In this document: one piece after another, positions 33,955 through 45,000 of the stretch
How positions within the stretch are numbered: position 1 is the stretch's first letter
How the letters are laid out: each line of letters starts with the position of its first letter
Source of the DNA: Trichoplax sp. H2
Taxonomy: Eukaryota
Assembly (NCBI GenBank): GCA_003344405.1
Contig: NOWV01000107.1
Span: 62,001-126,000, forward strand
Reading direction: 5' to 3'
Length of the DNA stretch: 64,000 nt
Program-made: the position numbers and the translations under genes
The notes under the pieces: generated by a model
What the model saw: only the letters and a program-made list of their open reading frames with translations
What the model was told of the DNA's origin: nothing
Database searches by the model: none

Positions 33955-35170
33955 GTACAGTATGTACCGAGTGGGCAGGACTATAATACTAAATAAGTAG
34001 TAATTATTATTTTATTTTCAAATAGAAAACATGCACTCAATACCTTTCCATTCGAGTTGAATTTACTACTTTCCTATTCTCCCATGCCATTCTCTTGTCA
34101 TGGAAGATTCAAGGATTTTCTCTTGGGAGTCCTTGACGCCTACTATCAGCTTTACCGTACAGTAGTATAGCATGTACCGAGTGGGCAGGACTATAATACC
34201 GAATAAGTAGTAATTATTATTTTATTTTCAAGTATAAATCGTGCATTCAATACCTTTCAATTTGAATTGAATTTACTGCTTTCCTATTCTCTCATGCCAT
34301 TCTCTTGTCATGGAAGATTCAAGGATTTTCTCTTGGGAGTCCTTGACGCCTACTATCCACTTTACTGTACAGTATGTATCTAGTGGCCAGGATTGTAATA
34401 CCAAATAAGAAGTAATTACTATTTTATTTTCAAATATAAAGCATGCCTTACATACCTTTCCATTTGAATTGAATTTACTGTTTTGCAAGGCTCTCATGCC
34501 ATTCTGTAGTCATGGAAGATTCAAGGGTTTCTCTCGGGAGTCCTTGACGCGTACTATCCGCCTTACTGTACAGTATGTATCAAGTGGCCAGGATTATAAT
34601 ACCAAATAAACAGTAATTATTACTTTGTTTTTAAATATAAAATATGCCTTCCATTTGAATTGAATAGATTGCTTTTCAAGGCTCTCATGCCATTCCTGTA
34701 GTCATGGAAGATTCAAGGGTTTTGTCATGGGAGTCCTTGACGCGTACTATCCGCCTTACTGTACAGTGTACAGTACTGTGCGCATCTAGTGGCCAGGATT
34801 ATAACACCAAATAAGCAGTAATTATTATTTTGTTTTTAAATATAAAACATGCCTTCCATTTGAATTGAATTGATTGCTTTTCAAGGCTCTCAAGCCATTC
34901 CTGTAGTCATGGAAGGTTCAAGGGTTTTGTCATGGCAGTCCTTGACGCGTACTATCCGCCTTACTGTACACTGTACAGTGTACAGTACTGTGCGCATCTA
35001 GTGGCAAGGATTATAACACCAAATAAGAAGTAATTATTATTTTGTTTTTAAATATAAAACATGCCTTCCATTTGAATTGAATTGATTGCTTTTCAAGGCT
35101 CTCATGCCATTCCTGTAGTCATGGAAGATTGAAGGGTTTTGTCATGGGAGTTCTTGAACGCGTACTATCT
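33955..35170. repeat. Tandem array of ~190-212-bp units (about 6 copies), with degenerate copies extending back to ~32620
   Basis: The unit anchor GCCATTC...GTCATGGAAG.TT.AAGG occurs at ~34086, 34296, 34498, 34689, 34894 and 35106. Decayed GGCTCTCG..CATT versions occur at ~32653, 32911, 33168 and 33547. Confidence 0.95.
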
Positions 35171-35547
35171 GCTATACGGTCCCATACAGTAGTGCATGTA
35201 CTGGTCAGTTTTCACTACTGTGCCGTATTGTACAATGAAGAGTATGGTCCAAGGTGCGATACCAAACGCCCAACCACTCGCTCTATGGACCGATTTGGCT
35301 TGACTGCAGGAAACGCCTTTCCTGGCAAGTTGATACGTCCAAGTAGGTAAACGACTCAAACACTCGTTTGTGCATGCATGCCTACTAGAGAATGGCGCTG
35401 TTGAATCAGCAGATCCTTCGTCGTTAACCCAACTTTTTAATAGTAAACCTGTTGAGCACCAAGCGGATTATCAAAATTTTGTAGCTAGTAAATGTGATCT
35501 TTCGCCGCTAGAATTGCCTCCCAACGGATAAAGTCTGACTAGAAAAC

Positions 35548-38386
35548 ATGGTAAGATTGCTATAACGTCTAAACTACTGTACATGGAGAGGAAGTATTAC
35601 TGTCAGCGAGTAGTTTGATGGCAGTGATGATGATAAAGGAAAGCATGACAAAATGGTACAACGTAAAATGTCTTGTAGAGTGCTACGACTGCCTACAGCA
35701 AGGTGTTGTTGATGAAGTAGGCCCAATTTTCCATCCAATGGAGAAGTAAGCGATGACCAAGCGATCACAGCAGGTCTTGAGCAACGAACTAGACGTAGAC
35801 TGTAGCTAAGCCCTGTATCTTTGGCAAAATAGAGCTTTCATGCTTCATATCTTTGGCAAAATAGAGCTTTCATGCCATCCTTTTTCGACACAAGCACCGT
35901 AGATTGAAGAGCTGGTAGCATCTTCACAACAACTAGAAAGTATGGCATCTACTTGATGCTGTCATACTGTATGCCGTAATCAACAAATGAAAGACGTAAA
36001 ATACGATTAAAATTGTGTTCATCTGAACTTTGCCGGACATACAACTTCTTAATTCTAGAAGAAGAGCTAAATGGCATGTACTGTATATACACTTATGTAG
36101 TAACGTAGAATTTGATCTACTGTATACCGTATCCAACAATCCAAAACGTAACTTGATGTTGTAATGAAGTGCATCTTGACTTTCCCAACAAGTATGGTGG
36201 TCTTGACTATATGCTGTACTAAAGAACTACTGATTCATCATCAGTATTAACCTAATTGATGGGCATAATGGAGCATTTGCTCCATTCGGTATTAAAAGAC
36301 GTAAAATGGATCTTCATTCGGTAAACTTTTACTTTTGACTATACTACACGAGATACTGTGCTGCAGCAGAAGTGTTAGTACTATCTATCGGACTATCGAT
36401 CATGAGAAATAACTTGATAGTGAGTAGTATCTATCAAATTAAAGACGTAAAAATGTATTGTAATCCAGAGGATCTTTTACTTTCTGTGTAGAAGGGTAAT
36501 AATTACGTAAGATTTGAACGTTATTTCGAGCGTTGATGTAATACAGCGTTTCGATCTTTGCGGCGGCGTCTGCCGTATTAAAATGATAAATGCATTTACT
36601 CGCTCGTATTTATAATCTGATACCCCCAAGAAAAAATTTAAAATCGATATACTTCCATTACAGTGTAGTTTGATTCTGATCATTGAAGGCATGGATTTTG
36701 AGTGTACAAGCTGTATTCTATGGATATAAGTCATGTCGTTCACTGTGTTGTCTACTCTACAGTAGAGTAGACATCTTAATAAGACGTCGTATCTGTAGAT
36801 ACGTTTATGTACAAAGTTTAAGATTAAAGTTGGATTGGTTTATACTGTACTGTATACTGTTAATCGTAATTGCTTTGAATGGGACTTACATTCACTTTCT
36901 GTCCTTATATTTCTTTATTGTATTTGTACATGTCAAGTCTCAAAATCTTAAAATTTGCGATATTGGCGACGATCTGAAGAAGAAGTTACGAAAATTTCGA
37001 TTTCGCCAAGAAACCAATAACGCAGCTATATTATGTAAGTATCAATTCATTGGAATATTTGAAGTAGTGGATAAAATCAATTTGCAAAGACACAGTGCAC
37101 AAGTATGATTCTATTATTTCTGCTTCTTGACCTTTTCAAATAAAGTAGTTACCAAGTGTTGGAAAATGACGGTAAAGTATCCGAAGTAGTTGATATCCAC
37201 TACCATATGTACTAAGTTATTATCTCTTGTATTGATTTGGAGGACTACCAAAAGCGATAGAACCGCACAAAACTGTATTATACCTATCGAATAGCATGCT
37301 GTAGTAATAGTATAGTTCAAGAATTGGCATCGATAAACACATAACTATTTTGAGATCGTACAATCATTGTGTTAATACAGACCAATAGGACCTTACAAAC
37401 TTCCTGACGAGGTTATACTCTAAGACAGTACTATAGATATACAGGGTATAGTAGTTGTTGATGAACCTTATAGTTAAATCGCCAATTTGACTCGCTGACG
37501 TTAACTTTGAATATTAAATTTCAATATTTATACCAAGTAATCTCTCTGCAAGTTGAAGTTTTGACGTTGTATGGACCTTTTGACGATATTATTATCTCAA
37601 GTGTATTTTATTTTACTACCTGTGTTACAACAAATTCAGCATTACTATCTGACTTTTAGTGAAAATCGATGCCGAATCTCGGGAAATTGTCTGGGATGAA
37701 GAATACGAGGTACTACTAAGTTTATTTCACAAATTACCTACCAGATGCTCTTTACCAAGGCGCCATTTCTAACCAACATTCAAAATTGATGCTTATGTGC
37801 TTTGCAAGTAATTAATAAAACGCTTTACTTTGGTTACAATATCGTAATAGGATGTTACCTTAGATGATTTACAAAGTGAATTGGCAGAACATTTACCCCG
37901 CTATATCTTGTATTGTTACTGCTACGAGCATCAAGATGGTAGAAAATCTTATCCCTTATGCTTAATTTTTTACAGCCCACAAGGTAAATTGATTTTATAA
38001 ATGTATCGTTTATCTTTACAGTATTCGTATATTCTTCCGGCTTTAGAAAAATGGCTATTCGGAAGAAATAGATACCGCTAGTACATTTATGTATATCTTA
38101 TTCCTAAGCATTTAGTAGGTAATGTTATAATTTATATACGATGCAGGTTCTAAGCCTGAAATTCAAATGATGTACGCTGGCTCAAAGAATAATTTAGTTA
38201 AGACGGTAGAAGTTAGCAAGGTAATGTCGAATAACGATTTGTAGTGAACTGGTTTAGGCAATGTACCCGATACTTCATAAAGAATTGGATTTATGGTTAT
38301 TTCATTTACATTAGGTATTTGAAATTAGAAGTCTGGATGAACTAACTGATGAATGGGTGAAATCGAAATTATCATTTTTTCGTTAA
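35548..38386 (+). CDS. GMFB: Glia maturation factor (ADF-H family). Exons 36938-37034, 37660-37709, 37851-37983, 38147-38220, 38315-38386; putative ATG-only coding exon at 35548-35550
   Basis: SQNLKICDIGDDLKKKLRKFRFRQETNNAAIL|LKIDAESREIVWDEEYE|DVTLDDLQSELAEHLPRYILYCYCYEHQDGRKSYPLCLIFYSPQ|GSKPEIQMMYAGSKNNLVKTVEVSK|VFEIRSLDELTDEWVKSKLSFFR*, clearly GMF. The start exon (ATG|gtaag) is less certain, and B versus G paralogue is not resolvable. Confidence 0.93.
35816..35876. repeat. Short tandem duplication (~32-bp period)
   Basis: TATCTTTGGCAAAATAGAGCTTTCATGC occurs twice. Confidence 0.9.
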
Positions 38387-40059
38387 TATTGTAGATATTG
38401 TCTGGTAATACAGAATAGCTGTGATTCTAAGTTAGAATATGGCCCTTCTATAATTATGCCACTACTGTATGCTACCATAATATGAAATGAATTGTTGATA
38501 GTATGCAAGGAGTAAGATAAATTTTGAAAAGATACAGCTCTGTATCCATTTAACGTGTAACTGTAGACAATAATCAAACTATATTGGTAATTGTTGGTGT
38601 TTGATATTTCAGCTGCACAAGCTGTCATTTCATGCATATCGTAACAAACTGTGATAAAACGAATATAATATTAAGAACATCATTTATTGTAAGATATGTA
38701 ATGAACTATGATTGATTTTTACAAATTCAACGATAGTAGATGTGGACATGGATCATCTAGTTGCTACGTTATACAATACGGTATGCTGTGAGTTTTATTT
38801 CTTAGATTATAGTGGTCAAATATGCGATTGGGAATTGTGCAGAATTACTACTTCCTATTGTACAGTACTTTGTAACTCATTTGTCGTTGTTGCAGTTAAT
38901 ATTGCGAATAGGTACATATTACAATTTCGTAATTAACCTGGCAACTAGACTTTTGCATGTCTGTTGGGCATATTAATTCTATAAAAATTAGCCACTATTT
39001 GTTTCAGTGTTTATTGGATTTGTGATTACTACAAGTCATGAGATAATAGTTTTTGGTATAAATAAATTCTAGTTGATCCATATCTGTCACTTCGGTTTGT
39101 TAATGAAAATAGCTTAAGACTATTCCTATGTAGCTTCAGTATACGAAAAAGCTGTTATTTCGCTATTAACCTAGATGTTAACAAACTACAATAATTTCAT
39201 TAGTATGCGGATTTAAATGTTGATATTAACCGTCTTAAATAGTATCAGTTTTGAAGTGTGTTACCAACGAAAAATTGAAAACAGCCGTTAATGCTTACAA
39301 TTATTATGACGGCGGATAGTAGTAAGATACAAGCTAATACCTTCTAGAAGAAGGGGCGTAAATGAGTATTTATTTATATGCCTGGTATGTGTCTCAGAAT
39401 GCGTCATTTTATTCTACGTGTTACATAGAATATTTCCATACTAGTTCAGCCTGTTATCGATGTACGTCGTATTATCTTTTTATATGATTTATTTGACTTC
39501 ATAAATTACAGGATTTAAACACGATAAGGAAGCTATATCGGTATTATGTGATCATCAATTACGCTTATGATGATAGCACTATAATTACCTATCATAGCAT
39601 CAGACAGATTTTGAATCTTCGATTAAAAATACCTTGATAGAGGTTCAATCATAATTATCAGTTGATTTCAGTAATATCAGGCTCATTGTGCTTACAATAT
39701 GCTCGACTGGATATTGTTAAATATACGTAGATGATAGCTAAGATTTAATTAATTATTCCGATCCTTCACTCGCGTACTAGCAAGCAAGATGAAGATATCT
39801 CTATTATCAGTCAATTTTCGAGGAGTAAACTATTGAATCATACTATAGAAAGCTATTGTGCGTAATTTCTACTTAGAATAAGCGTGTAGCTTATTGAAAT
39901 CATAATTATTAGATATTAAAGGTTTAAATTAAATCGTAACATAAGATGGAAGATTCAAGAGATAATACGTAAAAGGAAAAGAGTTAGGAATTAGATTGAT
40001 GCTAGAGGGTGGTCTACAGATAGCGGATCAGTTACGACCTCAATCCTATCGAAGCACCC

Positions 40060-42090
40060 TTACTGCTTCTTAACATTTGGCTCCAAGACGAGAAGAAGTT
40101 GTGCAATTTGAGTTTCAGGTAATAGTTTTTTCGTCTGAAAATCGGCCATTGCAGTTTTGACTTTGTGTAACTAATTCGAAAGAGTTTTCAAGTTTAGTCC
40201 AATTTATTCGCATTAAAAAGTATACGTAAAAGTATCTAAATTTTAGAACTATAATTGATCCTAGTATATTTTTTGAAGTTTGTGTATGTGGCCTGGTATA
40301 GTATTAATTACTGTTTATAAAATTTAATATGCCTTAATCTCCTAAATAATAGTTACTGGCATAAGTAATACTGCTATTTTTTTCTGCGAGTGCTATTATT
40401 TTACAAACTAAAGAATTTTATTACATATAAATAGATTATAGAGCAGCAATATTTATTATAGAATAACTTTTCAAAAGTAAGTAGGCCGTCTATTTGAATT
40501 AGGTATTGCAGAACCTGTAAGCTAGGAAATGTTGCAGGTAAATTGAAAATAGAAATGGATAACTTCTTATGTATCCAATATACATTGTACTTACTAGAGC
40601 TACTACCTCTATCCAATTCGATGTTGCAGGCGATGTAAGATTTTGCTTAGGGTTGCTCGTTGGATCCATTTTCGATTGACAGAAAGAAATAAAGCATTGG
40701 CATAATTGACTTATATCCATGATATCGTCTAATTTGGGATTGATCTTATGTGTTATGTCAGCATTTTCGCTGTTCGTATTTTGCAGTATTTGAGAACAGG
40801 AAAAATTACCCAACAATACTCTAATCTTTTCAATCTGCTAAAGTTTTAAATTTAAAGAATGACCTTGATCAGATAAATTACTTAGCAAATGAGCTATATT
40901 TAAGAATAATATAGTAGTGCTAGTTTCAAGGATACCACATGCAAATTGTAATAGTATATGAGCACGCTTTGTGTAGAACTAAAGCAAGTAGCATTTAATA
41001 CAATAGAACAGTCTGGTATCAATATTAAAATGTATATGTAACCTGACACACTAAGCAGTTAGCTTTGATCATATTTCAATGGTTATGATTGAACCAGATA
41101 GTAAATTACCTTATTGCTGCTGACAATAAAGATAGAATCAGTTTTAATACAGCCATGAATAATATCACGGGCATGGAATGACTGCACAGCAAGGGTAACA
41201 TCGCGTAGAATGTGGAAAAAAGATTGAGGAGTTAGGTAGCAAGGCTGGTAAGCTATCAGATCGCTAAGTAGTTCTGTATCCTGATTGTTTAAGGCATAGC
41301 AGGTAATTCTAGTAAATTGCAATTAAATAAAATAATCTTTTAGATGAATTTCTAGCTTAATCTAAATAAAACTTCAATCTTTATAGCATATCTAATACTC
41401 ACAGTTTATTGCTAAGCGAAAATGACGGTTTTTCGTGAGAGCTTTTACTTTCACTTTCATCCCGAAACCATAAACATTCTACAATATTTTGAAATTTGTA
41501 ATTACTTGATTTTACTTTAAGAAAAAATGCCTTTTCTCTTTCCCAACAGGATCGATCCTCGAGGCTATAGATTTTAAGTAATCCAGAGGTGGATAGATTT
41601 TCTGGACTTAATTCGTTGACTTTCATATGAATCTATAAAGTAAATACGCATGCGAATGTGTACCAGTATGCAAACAGATATGAAGCTTAATAATGACATA
41701 GTAGACACAATTTCAAAAAATTAAAAATTGAATGTTAAGTATCGTATGTTAGTGATCTATTGTTGATGTTTCAGGAATATTAGCTACTATTAATTAGTTG
41801 TAGGATAGTCATTTATAATTGCATGGGAGAAAATTACTAGCAGTATCGGAATGATTATCTGGTTACGTGATTGATGTACAGCAAATCATGTGATTAACTA
41901 AGCCGATTATTATGGATTTGTTCCATTTATTAGGGCAGAATTTAATCCCAAGTTGTTAGAATGAGCGATTCTATATACTGCGATTGAAATTTACCGCTGC
42001 GATATTGCTAGTGTAGAATACCAGATGAAGATCGAGTAATTTATGACGATTAACGTGCTCTAGGAGCTTAATCACTTCCTGTAATTGAAG
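40060..42090 (-). CDS. Degenerate protein-kinase (pseudokinase) domain exons forming the receptor's cytoplasmic tail
   Basis: GLLKIYSLEDRSCWEREK (subdomains II-III), FQNIVECL (IV), HILRDVTLAVQSFHARDIIHGCIKTDSIFI (VIa-VIb), VLLGNFSCS (VII), MDISQLCQCF (IX-like), all in canonical order. Confidence 0.75.
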
Positions 42091-45000
42091 CTGGTAACAT
42101 AAAATAACATTATCTGCTTTATATAATTATATATGTTGAGGTAAAGTATATACAGAATGGAGTAGCTTTAGTTATATTAGCTTAAATGTAGAATTTTCAA
42201 AGTAAGGAGGTTAAGCCAGATTGTAATTGAAATAGGATTATATGCCATCAGCATAGGTTTTACGTAGAATTACTGCAGCTTAATTTGCCTTACAGTGATG
42301 ATTTGAAGAGTATAAATAGGATAGTAAAATATAACGTAGCGTACGATATATGATTTTTTATATTATGAAAAGAATTGATTTGGTTACCTTTGGGTTCGTG
42401 TTCTGTTTAGCTGCAGCTGCTAGTGCTTTATTTCTGTTAGGTTCCAATTCTGTTTAAAATAAGAAATAATAGTTTGCTCGTAGTTAAGACACATAAGAGC
42501 ATCAAATTTTCGAGTTCTTTACGTCTATCTCCCTAAGATAAGGTGATATTATTATAATACGATTACTTAATTTATGATACAGTATAGATTTTATGTATCA
42601 ATATTACTGTATACTAGAGAAGTAAACAAGACCTTGGTATAACATGATCAATATTAATATTATGCAGTATCATACGTATTATCATACTCTGAACTTATTT
42701 TGTGGTAGATTAAAATATAATAATTATATAATATTTAGGTGGTAAGTTTATAAAGACTTTACTAGATGAAGGAACCGTCATAAACTAAATTAATTATTGG
42801 TGACAGTATTGAATTAATATCTTTAAATTTTGATCTGCAATAATTGCCGTATTTCAGGTTACGATTTAAGTTCGATTATAATTGCAGTCAATAGCTGTTT
42901 AAAATATTTGGATAAGGCTTTACTCTTTTATCAGATAATGCTTGTTAGCCTATTTTTATATTTGTAAATTTTGACGGATGTGTAAGGTTATAACTATAAA
43001 TACATGAACATGTGAAATAGTCAACAGGTGAAACACATCTCTAGATTCACATTTATAATACGTTATTACTGATTATGTACTTTGATTACTAGTTCTTTAT
43101 GTGTTTTTAGTATTTATAGTAGCTATTTATTTTACAGCCGTTCAGTATTCAATTGTAGAATTATTTCTCTGCATTTATACAGCAAAAAATTTAGTTTAGT
43201 GCGCGAACTTTAGAAAACTTATTCGAAAAATCTTTTTAGATTGCCTTGCTACAAACTACAAGTTTTTCAATTGATAGAAAGTAGTAACAAGTGATATATC
43301 ATACCAAGAATTACTTTTATTAATTCTTGATTATATATACTTTAAAAGCGATAGCTTATATTATTGTCAATAGATTTAATTCAGTTGCGGGTACTTACCT
43401 CCATTACATGCGTCAGAATTAGCATTAGCTTCATAGGAGCAACGTATACAACAAGAGCAGCAGGATCGTATTTTTGTTATTATCAGCATAGCGTTATTAA
43501 CGAAAGTTGTTGTATAAATTGTGTAAATAATAGGATTGATACATGAATTAAGAGGTAGAGATAAAACTGCAATAAACGGCAATACATGGGTATCAAGTTC
43601 TTGTTCAATTGTCGCTTGAATTAATACAACATATAATGGCATCCAACAGATTAAGTCGGTGATAACAATAGTGATCATTTTAGCTCGGACGATTTTATCG
43701 AATTTGGAAATTTCTCGTTTAGCTTGTTTCCGTGATTTTGTCAAATAAACCAAGATTATTATATACATGATTGCGATAAAGATCCAAGTTAGTAGAGTAG
43801 TACCACAGTAAGTTAGAAGCCAGCTTAGGTAATAAATATTATCTGTATTTCCAGGTAAGCAAGCGCTGTTCGTACCATACAATCTATAAGATGCAGGCTG
43901 ATTATAGCTATAAACAAGTGGCAAAGCGGTAAACGCAGCTGATACGGTCCATAACACGATTAAAACGAGAGTAATTAGCTTATAAGAAAGGCGATAGTTC
44001 TCAAAAGGATAGACTAGAAATAGATATCGATCCAAAGTGATGAGGAAAAGGATAAATGTTGACATTAGGCTAGAGATCGCTACTAAAAATGAAGCCATAA
44101 CGCATATAACACTATGTAACCATGTCTCGAGATATTGAGCATAAATACCAAAATAGTAAATATCAGTTACGGCAATCGTGATTAAGTAAATTCCCATAAT
44201 GAGATCAGCAAAGGACAGATTTATTAACAATGTTTGAACCACCATATTATTCTTTACAAAGCTTTTAACATGCCATACAATGGAAATAATGTTGCCTACT
44301 ATAGATAAACTACCAATAATCCAGACGAAGATACGTAATACGTCATGAGATAGGATATTAGAGCAGGTTGATATGCTAAATTGATCTGGTAAAGGCTCGC
44401 AAAGAGTTGTAGTTGGCGGCGCGTCACAGCATAAGTATTCTCGTGTTGAATATCTATATGAATTTTGTGTCGTGTAGAGTAAATACCATGATGTGATAAA
44501 GTGCTTCAAAATGTTACAATAAGAGCTAAGATTTATCGTACAACATTATTAGATAACATAAATTGGGTTCGTCCAACATGACTTGGAACTAACTACTGCA
44601 CTTTCAATCAAGATATCTATGATTTGCATATGCAATTTTTTACTGGTATTTTTTAGCAAGTTAATTATATCTTGTGAATTAAGTCGCAAGATCTAAACTG
44701 AATTTACTATTGCAAGGTCGATCAATGGCTATCACTTTTAATTAAAGCAACGCATCGAATTCTTTATAATACTAAATTACTTTGCACAATCCAATAATAT
44801 CTCAAAATCTTAATATAATAGTTACTATAAAATGTCTACAATATATATTGTTGTCACGGTAACTTTTTGCCGTGATGAGTTAGAAGTGTTATGGTGTTTG
44901 TTATTGATAGAAATTGAAGTGTTATGGTGTTTGTTATTGATGGAAATTGATGTGTTATGACGTTTGTTAGTAAGGTGTTTTGATGATCAACTGTCCTTAG

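Noticed and set aside
34273-34497. 74-aa ORF in the tandem array
   Set aside because: The frame is not preserved in neighbouring units because of indels.
33955-35170. CRISPR-like or ribozyme interpretation of the tandem array
   Set aside because: Whole units repeat with no unique spacers, the context is eukaryotic with no cas genes, and no hammerhead core was found.
35240-35346. GPIWLD (SRCR-like motif) in one + frame
   Set aside because: Lacks the SRCR cysteine pattern and stops shortly after; likely chance.
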